From assembly GCA_965218295.1 (NCBI GenBank), contig CBDCKN010000012.1, positions 1 through 64,000 on the forward strand: a DNA stretch of 64,000 nucleotides, in the 5' to 3' direction. The notes beneath the pieces are model-generated. The model had not been told where the DNA came from. It searched no databases and saw only the letters and a program-made list of their open reading frames with translations. This document shows positions 1 to 10,568 of the stretch, one piece after another (position 1 is the stretch's first letter; every line of letters begins with the position of its first letter). Source of the DNA: Longimicrobiales bacterium (GTDB lineage: Bacteria > Gemmatimonadota > Gemmatimonadetes > Longimicrobiales > Gaopeijiaceae). A program made the translations under genes and the position numbers.

Positions 1-396
1 CTGGGCGACCTTCTTGAGCTGGGTGTAGAACTTGGCCTTGGAGCCGCTGGGGATGCGCGCCGTCAGGATGAGGGCGAGATCGGGCGGTGGGGACCCGGCC
101 AGGCCCAACACCAGATCACGAGCCCGGGCGGCCCCGGCAAAGGCCTCGGCTCCCCTGACGACCACCACCCGCCACTCGGCCATCATGGGAGGCGTTGCAA
201 CAATGCGGGCCAGATCCTCGACGTTCACCTCCGAGCCCTGAAGAACGTCCAGGTTGAAGTCCTTTGTGGACTCGTCGAGGTGGGCGTCCGCGAGCTCCTT
301 TACGGCCTCTCCCTTGCGGTGCTCGTCCTCGCCCCAAAGGAAGAAAACCCCGCCCCGGGATCCCTGCTCGAGGGCCTTCCGGAGGGAGCTCGTCAT
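1..396 (-). CDS. holA: DNA polymerase III delta subunit (N-terminal part; runs off window)
   Basis: Manual translation MTSSLRKALEQGSRGGVFFLWGEDEHRK...DFNLDVLQG...TPPMMAEWRVVVVRGAE matches the HolA N-terminal pattern; absent from ORF track because it has no stop in the window. Confidence 0.85.
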   Translation of the reverse strand, partial: MTSSLRKALEQGSRGGVFFLWGEDEHRKGEAVKELADAHLDESTKDFNLDVLQGSEVNVEDLARIVATPPMMAEWRVVVVRGAEAFAGAARARDLVLGLAGSPPPDLALILTARIPSGSKAKFYTQLKKVAQ

Positions 397-404
397 TGCA
401 TCGC

Positions 405-460
405 CCGGGTTGTCATTGGCTCCGGGTTGTCACCGGCTCCGGGTTGTCACCGGCTCCGGT
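405..460. repeat. 17-bp tandem repeat, about 3.3 copies (CCGGGTTGTCACCGGCT)
   Basis: Copies at 405, 422, 439 and partial at 456, directly upstream of holA. Confidence 0.9.
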
Positions 461-464
461 GCGT

Positions 465-1013
465 TCAATCGAGGCCCGTTCGTCGGAGCACCGAGTTGTT
501 CCGGTACCGCTCACCCATGGGAGAGTACTCGTAGAGCAGCGTGTTAGGATCGGACCAGAGTCCGCTCCCCAGGTTCAGGGGCGACCCGACGGGAAATCCC
601 AGGACGTCCGTGGGGACCAGAGGCGCCGGCCCCGGCGGACCCGATACGATGATGGCCGGGAGGCTCACCTCGGGAGTGGCGCGCCACACGGACGGGTACC
701 AGGCGATGATCGTGAGGAGAATGGCCATTCCCACGGCGGCCGCCACCGGCACCGCTGAAGCGCTGGTCGTATGAGCCGCCCCATCCCGATCGTCGATGTG
801 GAAGAGCCGGTGTTGGAGACGGGGACGGAAGGATTCGGGCAGCTCCATCCGGGGCGCGCCTTGGAGGAGCTTCACCCCCCGAGAGACGACCTGCTCGTAG
901 CGGGCGCACTTCTCGCACTCCTCCATATGGGTTTCCGCATCCCTTCGAATGGGCGCGCCCAGAGGAGCGTCATAGAACTCGGAAAAGCGGCCGAGAAACT
1001 CCGAGCAATCCAT
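465..1013 (-). CDS. Zinc-binding (zf-HC2) anti-sigma factor, single TM
   Basis: MDC...HMEECEKC HxxxCxxC motif, one TM segment, downstream of an ECF sigma gene. Confidence 0.8.
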   Translation of the reverse strand: MDCSEFLGRFSEFYDAPLGAPIRRDAETHMEECEKCARYEQVVSRGVKLLQGAPRMELPESFRPRLQHRLFHIDDRDGAAHTTSASAVPVAAAVGMAILLTIIAWYPSVWRATPEVSLPAIIVSGPPGPAPLVPTDVLGFPVGSPLNLGSGLWSDPNTLLYEYSPMGERYRNNSVLRRTGLD

Positions 1014-1163
1014 GGTGCCGAGCAGTCTCCTGTCCTGATACTCCCAGTCCGACATCATACGTCGAGGTGGGATATTACGTAGAGTGGTATCGCGGTGTTC
1101 CCTCTCCCACGGGGTTGGTACAGGAGGGAGTGGATCAGATTCCGGAAAAGTGGGAGGCCCGCA

Positions 1164-1805
1164 CTACTCCAGGGAGGGTCCGATCACTCGGGCGAAGTTG
1201 TTACGCGCCCGGTTCAATCGGCTCTTCACGGTCCCCAGGTTGCACCCGGTGATCTCTGCGATCTCCTCGTACGTCTTGCCCTCGAGCTCCCGGAGCACGA
1301 AGACGATGCGGTGATGCTCCGGCAGCTCCACCACCGCCTTCTCCACGAGCTCCTTCAGGAAGCGCTTGCGATAGAGGTCGTCGGGCTTGAAGGACGAGTC
1401 CTCCCACTCCAGCGGACGGTGGTCGGCTTCCCAGTTCCTCCGGATCGTCTGGAAGAGCACGAGTGGGTTGCGGGATCGGTTCCGCAGCTCGTTCTTGGCC
1501 AGGTTCCCGGCGATGGTGTAGATCCACGTCGAGAACTTCTTGGTCTGGTCGAAGTGGTGCATGTGGCGGTACACCCGGACAAAGGTCTCCTGGACCAGGT
1601 CCTGGCCGCGCTCCCTGTCACCCACCGTACGGTAGACGAAGTTGAGCAGCCGTCCGTCGTAGCGCTTGACCAGCTCTCCGAACGCGCGCTCGTCGCCCGC
1701 GAGGAAGGCTCGGACGACTTCGCTGTCGTCCAGCTGCCCGAGCATCTTGCGATGCTCTTTTGCCGCCTCCCCAGGCACGACCTGTAGTTTCGCTACTTCC
1801 GTCAC
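1164..1805 (-). CDS. ECF RNA polymerase sigma-70 factor (RpoE/SigW-like)
   Basis: Region 2 DLVQETFVRVY...FSTWIYTIA; region 4 YEEIAEITGCNLGTVKSRLNRAR. Confidence 0.92.
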   Translation of the reverse strand: MTEVAKLQVVPGEAAKEHRKMLGQLDDSEVVRAFLAGDERAFGELVKRYDGRLLNFVYRTVGDRERGQDLVQETFVRVYRHMHHFDQTKKFSTWIYTIAGNLAKNELRNRSRNPLVLFQTIRRNWEADHRPLEWEDSSFKPDDLYRKRFLKELVEKAVVELPEHHRIVFVLRELEGKTYEEIAEITGCNLGTVKSRLNRARNNFARVIGPSLE

Positions 1806-2057
1806 GTCTCAACCCCCGCTTCACGGGTGCGCACCAACCCCCTGCGAGAATCGCCGCAGGTTCCGTGCCACCCCCGAGATCGCCTCAAAACAGGCCGATC
1901 CCTGCCGTATCTGCACTTCTTCCGTCCTACAATAAGGACGTGTCATGTCACGACCGCGACACACCCCACGATCAGGCCGCCCGTCTCGCACCCTTTGTTT
2001 CCCTCGAATGAAGGATAAGGGAGACCCCAGGCGGCCGGATCCCGGGCGCCCGACCAC

Positions 2058-3421
2058 TCAGGAAGCCTCTTCTACCTCCACCGGTCCCAGGCCGAGGTCC
2101 TCCAGAGGACCGCGGACCACCTTGGCATCCCCCCCGACCAGCACGGTGATCTCATCAGGCCGGATGCACCGGCGCGCGGCGTCCAGAGCCTGGTCGCAGG
2201 TGACCTCGCGGATCCGGTCCCTGTAGGTGGCATGGTAGTCGTCGGGGAGGTCGTAGATGATCAGCTCCGAGATCCGGGACGCGATCTGCCCCGTGGTCTC
2301 GAAGCCGCAGGGGGAAGACGCCCGCCATGTAGTCCCGGGACGCCTCCACCTCTTCATCGGTCGGCCCGTCTGAGAGTAGGCCATCCACCTCGCTCACCGC
2401 TTCCCGGACGGCGTCCGCCGTTACCTCGGTGCCCACGGCGGTGGAGATGGTCCAGGGACCCGCGTCACGCCGGAAAGCGAACCCCGAGCGCACACCATAG
2501 GTGAAGCCGTTGTGCTCTCGGAGATTCAGGTTCAGGCGGCTCGTGAAGGCCCCGCCGAGGATGGTGTTGAACACCAGGAGCGGGAAATAGTCCGGCGTAG
2601 AGCGCGGCTGTCCCACGTGCCCGATGCGGATCTCGGACTGGACGGCGTCGGGACGGTCGACGATCACCACCCTCTGCTCGCGGGTCCTGGGCTCCGGCTC
2701 GAATCCGTTCCGGGCGGGCGCGTTCCCCCGCCAGTCGCCGAAGCAGCGCTGGGCCAGGACCTTCGTCTCGTCCAGATCCACGTCGCCCACCACCACCAGT
2801 CCCGCGCTCCCGGGGCGGTAGCGGGCTTCCACGAAGCCGGCAGCCGCCTCGGGACCGAAGGGGGTCACAGACTCCACGCTGCCCCCGAGGGGGCGCCCGT
2901 ACGGAATTCCTTCAGCGTAGGTCAGCCGATGGGCCGCGTCGGTGGCGATGCTGGCCGGATCCATCTTGCGCTGCTGAATGGCAGCCAGGTGCTGCCCCCG
3001 CACCCGGTCCACCTCGTCGGCGGGGAAGCCCGGGCGAAGCACGACCTCGGCCAGGATGCTCATGGCTTCGTCCAGCCGGTCCGGGAGGCACGAGAGAGAG
3101 ATGGTGGTGGCGTCCCACCCGGTCCCCACGGAGAGCCCGGCGCCGAGGGACTCCAACGCCTCTGCCAGCTCGGCCCCAGATCGCGCTACGGTCCCTCCCT
3201 CCAGCGAGTCGCCGGTGAGCACGGCCAGCCCGGCCCCAGTCCTCGCTCAGCGTGGCCTCACCGGCATCCAGCACCAGGCTCACGGCGACGATGGGGAGCC
3301 TGTGGGTCTGGACCGAGCGCATCTCGAGACCGTTATCGAGACGATCGGTCTGTACGGGCGGAAAGTCGAAGCGGCGGATGGCCCCCGGGGCTGGGGCGGC
3401 GGAACGTTGGGTGTGGCTCAC
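2058..3421 (-). CDS. M16 (pitrilysin) peptidase, non-catalytic subunit; two apparent frameshifts (~3235, ~2310)
   Basis: Three consecutive frames join into one M16 protein (LDNGL...ILGGAFTSRLNLNLREHNGFTYG...LPDDYHATY); no HxxEH. Confidence 0.8.
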
Positions 3422-4711
3422 GAGGCCTCCTTGGCGCGTGGCTCATGCATAGCGGGTACGTAGGTCAGGACGGCCCGGTTGCTGGGTCCCAGGAAGCCCC
3501 TGGTGAACTCCGAGACCTGAGCGGGCGTCACGGCGCGCATGCGCTCCAGCTCGCTGTTCAGACGGCCCGGGTCGTCGAAGAACTGGTCGAACATGGAGAG
3601 AAGGTCGGCCCGCTCCCCCACCCGCTGGATCTGACGGATGAGGCGGGTCTCGGTGAGGGCGACGGCTCGCTGGATCTCCTCCTCCCGTACGGACTCGAGC
3701 CTCTCGAGCTCGTCGGCCAGAGCGGTCTCGAGCTCCACGGGATCGGATCCGGCGAAGCCGGTGGCCCACACCAGAAGCATCCCAGCGCCGGTGGTGAGCG
3801 GGAAGGTGTGGCTCACCACGTCCTTCGCCACCCTTCGCTCGCGCACGAGAGAGCGGTAGAGCCGCGACGCCCTCCCCTCCCCCGCCACGGCGCTCGCCAC
3901 GTCGGCGGCGTAGAACGCCGGATCGGTGTAAGGGGGGATGCGGAAGGCCATGAGGACCCTGGGGAAGGGCACTTCCGCTTCCACCCGCTCCCGGACCGTG
4001 GAACCGATCGTTGGGCTCAGCTCCGGCTCTCCCGCCATGGGCGGGATCTCGCCGCCTCGGGGAATCTCGCCGAAGTGCCACTCGATCATCTCCAGGGCCT
4101 CGTCCTCGTTGAAGTCCCCGCACACCGTCAGGACCGCGTTGTTGGGCACGTAGAACGTCTCGAAGAACTCGGCCACGTCTTCCAGGGTGGCCGCCTCGAT
4201 GTCGTCCATGGAGCCGATCACCGTGTGGTGGTACGGATGGGCCTCGGGGTAGACCATGGCCTGGATCCACTCGTCCCAGTCTCCGTAGGGCTGGTTGTCG
4301 TAGCGCTGGCGCTTCTCGTTCATGACCACGTCGCGCTGGTTGTCCAGCTTCTCCTGGGTCATGGCCGGAAGCATCCAACCCATCCGGTCGGACTCAAGCC
4401 AGAGCGCCAGCTCGAGGTGATGGGACGGCACCGTCTCGAAGTAGTTCGTGCGGTCGAACCAGGTCGTGGCGTTGAGGGTCCCTCCAGCCCTCTCGACGAA
4501 CTCGAAGTGGCGGTTCTTGGGCACGTGCTCCGAGCCCTGGAACATCATGTGCTCGAAGAGATGCGCGAAGCCCGTCTTCCCGGGGCGCTCGTTCCGCGAC
4601 CCTACGGCGTACCAGAGGGTTCACGGCCACCACGGGCGTGGAGGGATCGTGGGAGAGGTTGACACGGAGGCCGTTGTCCAGCGTGAAGCGCTCGACAGGT
4701 ATCGACAGCAT
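3418..4711 (-). CDS. M16 peptidase, catalytic subunit; one apparent frameshift (~4620)
   Basis: GKTGFAHLFEHMMFQGS (HxxEH), NATTWFDRTNYFE, LESDRM; N-terminal LDNGL lies in the adjacent frame. Confidence 0.85.
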
Positions 4712-4741
4712 ATAGTGTAGTAGCTCCTCGAGCGGTCAGGA

Positions 4742-6316
4742 CTAGGGTGCGTCGTCCATCACCGTCGGATCGGTAAGTAAAGTCACGGAACCCAACCCCA
4801 ACCCCTCAAGGCCCTCCTGGATCGCCGCGCGATCACCGGCGATGACGACGACCATCTCGTCCGGATCCAGGTACTCGACGGCCACGCGCCGTACGTCCTC
4901 AGCCGTCACCTCTATCACACGCTCTACGTACGTCTCGTAGTAGTCGTCGGCAAGATTGTTCAGCACCTGGTCGGCGATCTGCGCGGCCACGCTCCCCACG
5001 GTCTCGAACCGCTGGGGAAGCCGCAACGTCAGGTACTTGCGGGCCCGGTCCAGCTCCACGTCCCCCACGGGCTCTTCGACGAGGCGCCTCAGCTCCCGGA
5101 GGAACTCCACCACGGCCGAGTCCGTGACCGGCGTGTTCACGGCGGCCCGGGCCACGAACGGCCCCGGCTCGCGGCGCATGGAGAAGCCGGAAGTGGCCCC
5201 GTAGGTGTAGCCCTTGTCCTCACGGAGGTTGCTGTTCAGCCGGCTCGTGAAGGACCCACCCAGGATCGTGTTCATGACCATGAGCGGGAAGTAGTCGGGC
5301 GTGCCCCGATCCACGGCCACCCGGCCAATGCGGATCTCCGACTGTGCGGCGCCCGGCTTGTCCACCACGTAGATGGCCAGGCCGTCCAGGATCCGAGGAG
5401 CCTGCTCGACCAAGCCCGATCCCTCGCCGGAGGGCAGGGAGCCCAGAGCGGCCTCGAGCTGCTCCTCCAACTCCTCCCGATCCACGTCGCCCACCACCAC
5501 CACCGACATATTGCCGGACTTGAACGTCTGCTCGTACAGCTCTACCAGATCGGCGCGCACCATCGGCTGCAGGGCGGCCTCCGTTCCCAAGAGGGGCACC
5601 CCGTACGGGCTGCCCGGCTCGTAGAGCAGATCTGCGAAGGCGTTGTCGGCCAGCTCCCGGGCCTCGTCGCGGGTCTGCAGGATGCGCGTGATCCGCTGCC
5701 GCTTCACCCGATCGAGCTCGGCCTCGTCGAAGGCCGGGTTCAGCACCACGTCGGCCAGGATTTCCAGGACCTCATCCAGCCGGGGCTTCAGAACTCCCAC
5801 GCGAACCACCGAGCCGTCCCGCCCCGCACCGGTGGACAGGCTGGCTCCGAGACGCTCCACCTCTTCGGCCAGCTCCACGGCGCTTCGGGTGGTGGTCCCC
5901 TCGTCCAGCATGTCGGCCAGCAGCGCACCGAGCCCAGGGGTGCCCACCCGGCCTCCGCCTCCGATGTGGACCTCCACGCTGACGATGGGGAGATCGTGAT
6001 CCTCCACCACGTGGACCGGCAGGCCGTTGGACAGCTCGAAGACCTGGCGCTTCGGCACGCTCATGGACGGCGGAGAGCCCACCGAGGGCGGAACGCTGCG
6101 GTCGAAGCTCCCCTGCCGGTCCTCTTCGTTGTGGTCGACGCCGATGCTCATGGACCCACCGCGGGCGCCTCCCGAGGCGCTCACCGAGCACCCCGCCAAC
6201 CCGGTCAACACCGCCAAGCCGATCATCGTCCTAATGCGACTCCTGTATGGTCTGCGCCACCGTGGTCCGATCCCGTCCGGCCCGGGACTACTCCCGTCCG
6301 ACCCAGGACTAGCCAT
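4742..6316 (-). CDS. M16 peptidase, non-catalytic subunit, probable lipoprotein
   Basis: LSNGL, ILGGSFTSRLNSNLREDKGYTYG; LAGC lipobox-like motif; start uncertain. Confidence 0.85.
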   Translation of the reverse strand: MASPGSDGSSPGPDGIGPRWRRPYRSRIRTMIGLAVLTGLAGCSVSASGGARGGSMSIGVDHNEEDRQGSFDRSVPPSVGSPPSMSVPKRQVFELSNGLPVHVVEDHDLPIVSVEVHIGGGGRVGTPGLGALLADMLDEGTTTRSAVELAEEVERLGASLSTGAGRDGSVVRVGVLKPRLDEVLEILADVVLNPAFDEAELDRVKRQRITRILQTRDEARELADNAFADLLYEPGSPYGVPLLGTEAALQPMVRADLVELYEQTFKSGNMSVVVVGDVDREELEEQLEAALGSLPSGEGSGLVEQAPRILDGLAIYVVDKPGAAQSEIRIGRVAVDRGTPDYFPLMVMNTILGGSFTSRLNSNLREDKGYTYGATSGFSMRREPGPFVARAAVNTPVTDSAVVEFLRELRRLVEEPVGDVELDRARKYLTLRLPQRFETVGSVAAQIADQVLNNLADDYYETYVERVIEVTAEDVRRVAVEYLDPDEMVVVIAGDRAAIQEGLEGLGLGSVTLLTDPTVMDDAP

Positions 6317-7707
6317 TCCCTTCCCCCTCCGGAACGGCCAGGTCCGTCCTTCCCCGGGGCACGACGGAGAGCACTACCCTGTGCGCCCCCACCAGGTAGT
6401 TGCGGCCGTACTCCCTCACGCTCTCGCCCGACACCCCGCCGTAGCGGGCGAAGTCCCGACGCACGAAGCCGGGATTGCCGGTGAGGAAGTAGTACTCGTT
6501 TAGGCGCTCGGCCTTGCCGCTGAAGCCGCCGCCCCGCTCGAGGGCCTGCACGAAGCCGGTCTCGATCTGATTGAGGGACCGCTCCATCTCCACCCCTTTG
6601 ACACCGTCGTCCACGAGGCTGTTGATCTCCTCCCGGACCGCTCGCTCCAGATCTCCCAGGGACCCCTCGGGCTTGGCCGTGACGATGACGACGAACTGCG
6701 ATCCGATCTCGCTCGGGCTCTGGAAGGCGCTCACGTCCTGAGCCACCTGCTCTTCCAGGACCAGACGGCGATAGAGCCGGGAGCTCTTGCCCTCGGCCAG
6801 GATGGAGCCCAGAACCTCCATGTTGGCGTCTCCCTGGCTGAAGGCCTCCGGCGAGTGCCACGCCATGTAGAGCCGAGGGAGCTGTACATCGTCCTCCAGC
6901 ACCACGTGGCGGTCGGACAAGAGCGTGGGGTCGGGGACCTCCACCTCGGGGATGGGCAGGCCAACCGGGATGTCCCCGAAATACTTCTCGGCCAGCTCCC
7001 GGACCTCCGAGACCCGCACGTCGCCGGCGACCGCCAGGCTGGCGTTGTTGGGGGCGTAGTACGTCCGGAAGAACTCGCTCACATCTTCGAGGGTGGCCGC
7101 GCTCAGGTCCTCCATATAGCCGATGACGGGCCAGTGGTACGGATGGTCCTCGGGGTACAGATTCGCCGAGATGGTCTCGAACGCCGTGCCGTAGGGGGCG
7201 GTCGTCGTAGCTCTGGCGCCGCTCGTTCTTCACCACGTCGCGCTGGATGTCCAGCTTCTCCTGGGTCATGGTGTCCAGGAGCCACCCCATGCGGTCCGCC
7301 TCGATCCAAAGGGCGAGTTCGAGAGCGTTGGAGGAGACGGTCTCCAGATAGTTGGTGCGGTCGGTGGTGGTCGACCCGTTGGGCGCTCCACCCACCGCCT
7401 CCAAGAGGTTGTCGATATCCCCTTCAGGCACGTTGGCCGACCCCTCGAACATGATGTGCTCGAAGAGGTGGGCGAACCCGGTCCGCCCCGGGCGCTCGTT
7501 CCTGGACCCCACGTGATACCAGAGATTCACAGCAGCGATGGGCAGGGACCGATCCCTGTGGACGATCACGTTGAGGCCGTTCTCGAGGGTGAACTGGGTG
7601 TACGGGATGTACACCTCCATGGCCTCCTCCTCCTGTGCCGGAATCACGTTGGGCCAGACGGCCAGGAAGGCGAGGGCGACCGCGCAACCCCCCGCAACTC
7701 TCACCAT
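6309..7707 (-). CDS. M16 peptidase, catalytic subunit, secreted; one apparent frameshift (~7195)
   Basis: Signal peptide, VNLWYHVGS...GFAHLFEHIMFEGS; C-terminal half in ORF 6309..7115. Confidence 0.85.
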
Positions 7708-7810
7708 GCACTACTCTACCAGGCGAACAAGAGCGGGCCAGCCCACCGCCGTGCGATGCCACGACGCAGAGCCACCCGCTGATAACGGATCTGTGGAAGA
7801 TAAGGTACGA

Positions 7811-8011
7811 TCAGGGACGCGTCATGAGTCTCTCGCGCAACGCGCCCGTAATGAATTCCTCTTCGAGGAAGGTCTTGCACGCCTCGTGTCCCTCTTCCAC
7901 CTGGTCCGAGACAGCCTCCACGAGGGGAAGATCTCCAGATTCGGCCCACAGTCGGGCCCGCTCCACGAGCTCGTAGGCCCGGTCTTCCTCACCGGACACC
8001 GCGGCCGCCAA
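7811..8011 (-). CDS. Small hypothetical protein (N-terminus possibly frameshifted)
   Basis: Helical 66-aa ORF lying in the gene run between apgM and the M16 genes. Confidence 0.4.
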   Translation of the reverse strand: MAAAVSGEEDRAYELVERARLWAESGDLPLVEAVSDQVEEGHEACKTFLEEEFITGALRERLMTRP

Positions 8012-8053
8012 CGCGGCCAGCAGAGCACGGCCGGGTCGCCCGGAAGTCGCTCA

Positions 8054-9268
8054 TCAGGCGCCGTACTTCTCCAGCCGGACGGCGTGCGCCAGGGCCAGCG
8101 ACATGAGCTCCTTGCCGGGCACGACCCCCAGGTCTCCCCCCCGGCACGCCGTCTCGCCGAACTCGTACGCCGAGGGCCGTGCCCAGGGGGATGCGATGAG
8201 CGCCGGCACATGGTGCCAGGAGTGCTCGCGGTAGAGAGCGGGCGTGGAGTGGTCTCCCGTGACGATAACAACGTCGGGATTGAGGGCCGTGATCCTCGGA
8301 ACGACGGCGTCCACCGCTTCGATGGCCGCCGCCTTGCCCTCGAAGTCGCCGTCGTGGCCCAGGGAGTCCGGGTCCTTGAAGTGGACGAAGTAGAAGTCGT
8401 AGTCGCCGTAGCGTCCCTCCAGGAGGGTCACGGTCTCTTCGTTGGATCCGGGCACGCCGTCCACCGTCATCCCCACCAGGCTCGCCACCCCCCTGTACAT
8501 GGGGTACTTGGCCACGGCCACCGCACGGAGGCCATAGCGCTCCTCGAAGGTCGGATAGGAGGAGAACTGCGCGAAGCCCCGGGCCAGGAAGGCGTTGGCC
8601 TGCGGCTCGTCGGCGAGGATCTCCCCGACCTGGTCCAGGAGGCCCTGGATCATCTCGGCCGTGGAGGCCGAGGCGGGATCGGTGGCGGTCACTGGGACGG
8701 GCCTCAGCCCCGTTCGTTGCGGGTCCGTGTCCTCGAGGTCGGCGCCAAGCGCGTCACCCCGAAGCACGAGGACAGCGCGGTGCTCCTTCTCGTGGATGAG
8801 CGTGACCTCCACGCCGTCGGGCGGGCGGATCTCAGCCAGGACCCTGTCCACCACCCGCCGCCCGTCTTCGTCGGAGGGACGCCCGGCCCGGCGGTCCGTC
8901 ACCACCCCGTCGCCATCCACGGTGGCCAGGTTCAGGCGCGCCGCCACGTCTCCCGCGCGTAGGTCGAACCCGACGCCCAGGGCGCTCAGGACCCCCCGTC
9001 CGATCATGGCTGTGACGGGATCGTAGCCGAAGAGGGAGAGGTGCCCAGGCCCGCTCCCCGGCGTGACTCCGTGCGCCACAGGCATGATCATGCCAAGCGA
9101 GCTCCGGGCCGCCAGGGCGTCGAGGTTGGGAGTCGAAGCCGACTCCAGCTCCGTCCTGCCCGTATTCGGATGGGGCAGCCCGCCGAGGCCGTCCAGCACC
9201 ACCAGGATGATCGTTCCACCATCGACACTCCGGAGGGCGAGCTCATGGGGGAGCGAGGCGTGTGTCAT
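8054..9268 (-). CDS. apgM: 2,3-BPG-independent phosphoglycerate mutase (ApgM/archaeal type)
   Basis: LDGLGG, TPNLD, TPGSGPGHLSLFGYDP, GHDG, TGDHSTP, HSWH motifs; GGAGG RBS. Confidence 0.88.
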   Translation of the reverse strand: MTHASLPHELALRSVDGGTIILVVLDGLGGLPHPNTGRTELESASTPNLDALAARSSLGMIMPVAHGVTPGSGPGHLSLFGYDPVTAMIGRGVLSALGVGFDLRAGDVAARLNLATVDGDGVVTDRRAGRPSDEDGRRVVDRVLAEIRPPDGVEVTLIHEKEHRAVLVLRGDALGADLEDTDPQRTGLRPVPVTATDPASASTAEMIQGLLDQVGEILADEPQANAFLARGFAQFSSYPTFEERYGLRAVAVAKYPMYRGVASLVGMTVDGVPGSNEETVTLLEGRYGDYDFYFVHFKDPDSLGHDGDFEGKAAAIEAVDAVVPRITALNPDVVIVTGDHSTPALYREHSWHHVPALIASPWARPSAYEFGETACRGGDLGVVPGKELMSLALAHAVRLEKYGA

Positions 9269-9273
9269 GTATC

Positions 9274-9314
9274 CTCCGTGAACATTGCGGCTCCGTGAAC
9301 ATAGCGGCTCCGTG
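9274..9314. repeat. 17-bp tandem repeat, about 2.4 copies (CTCCGTGAACATWGCGG)
   Basis: Copies at 9274, 9291 and partial at 9308; overlaps the apgM RBS. Confidence 0.85.
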
Positions 9315-9349
9315 GAGCCGAATCGACGCATGGGGGTACGTCCGCCAGA

Positions 9350-9409
9350 CAGCGAGCTGCCGGGCAGCGACCTGCCAGGCAACGACCCGTCAGGCAAGGA
9401 CCCGCAGGG
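9350..9409. repeat. Degenerate 15-bp tandem repeat x4
   Basis: cagcgagctgccggg / cagcgacctgccagg / caacgacccgtcagg / caaggacccgcaggg in a divergent intergenic region. Confidence 0.65.
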
Positions 9410-9432
9410 ACACTAGCGAGGAGGACGAGGAC

Positions 9433-10566
9433 GTGCGTTATAGTCCCTTCACCATGGAGCGGTGGCAGTCCACGTATGAACACCGCGTACGCTTCAACCT
9501 GTCGGAGAGCGGTGTACATCCACTCTCGGTCTCAGAGCTCCTGGGGCTGGCCGACCGCGGGCCGGAGGCCTTGGACGTCGGGCTGGGCTACGGACAGTCC
9601 AACGGCAGCGACGAGCTGAGGAACCGCATCGCGGCCCTGTACGCCGGAACGACCGAGACGTCGGTCCTGGTGACCATCGGAGGGGCCGAAGCCAACTTCG
9701 CCGCCTTCTGGCACCTTCTCGATCCCGAGGCCCCCACCGCCGTCATGCTCCCCAACTACATGCAGGTGCCCGGCCTCCTGGAGAGCTTCAAGGCTCCGAT
9801 CCTGCCCTATCACCTCACGGAGGAGGCGGGGTGGCAGCCCGACCTGGAGATGCTTGAAGACTGCCTCGAGGAGGGAGCCCGCTCCATCCTGGTCACGAAC
9901 CCCAGCAACCCGACGGGCGCAGTCCTGAGTCCCGAGTCCATGTCGGGGATCGTGACGCTGGCCGAGCGCTACGGCGCCTGGATCTTGGCGGACGAGGTCT
10001 ATCACGGAGCCGAGCTCGACGGCGAGCGGACCCCGTCCTTCTGGAGACGGACCGAGCGCGCGATCGTCACGAACTCGCTGTCCAAGGCCTACGGCCTTCC
10101 GGGTCTGCGCCTGGGATGGCTCCTGGGCCCGCCGGAGATCATGGAGGGCATGTGGGGCCGGACCGACTACACCACCATCGCCCCGGCCAACCTGTCCGAC
10201 ACCCTGGCTTGCCTGGCCCTCGAGCCCTCAACCCGGCAGAAGATCCTGGCCCGGACGCGAGGCATCCTCAACGACAACCTGGACCTGTTGACCGAGTGGC
10301 TCGATGGCCAGGAGGGTCGCTATACGTATCGCCCGCCCGACGCCGGAGCCATCTGCTACGTCCGCTACAACACGCCGGTGAACTCCACCCAGTTCGCAGA
10401 GAAGATCCGGACGGAGATGGACCTTCTGGTGGTCCCAGGAGACCATTTCGGTATGGACGGCTATCTGCGCTTGGGGTTCGGGCCGCCTGCGGAGGAGCTC
10501 CAGGAGGCGCTCGGGAGACTGGCCGAAGCCTTCGACCAGGTAGAGGCGGGGGCCGCTGCGGGCTGA
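9433..10566 (+). CDS. PLP-dependent aminotransferase class I/II
   Basis: NLSESG, NPSNPTG, DEVY, SLSKAYGLPGLRLGW; GTG start after a GAGGAGG-rich region. Confidence 0.9.
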   Translation: MRYSPFTMERWQSTYEHRVRFNLSESGVHPLSVSELLGLADRGPEALDVGLGYGQSNGSDELRNRIAALYAGTTETSVLVTIGGAEANFAAFWHLLDPEAPTAVMLPNYMQVPGLLESFKAPILPYHLTEEAGWQPDLEMLEDCLEEGARSILVTNPSNPTGAVLSPESMSGIVTLAERYGAWILADEVYHGAELDGERTPSFWRRTERAIVTNSLSKAYGLPGLRLGWLLGPPEIMEGMWGRTDYTTIAPANLSDTLACLALEPSTRQKILARTRGILNDNLDLLTEWLDGQEGRYTYRPPDAGAICYVRYNTPVNSTQFAEKIRTEMDLLVVPGDHFGMDGYLRLGFGPPAEELQEALGRLAEAFDQVEAGAAAG

Positions 10567-10568
10567 GA

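Noticed and set aside
405..460. CRISPR array (also the repeats at 9274-9409 and 34332-34375)
   Set aside because: Contiguous tandem units without spacers; no cas genes
2512..4662. 716-aa plus-strand ORF and other long antisense ORFs (7538..8962, 30631..32061, 37253..39061)
   Set aside because: Shadow ORFs opposite well-supported genes in high-GC DNA
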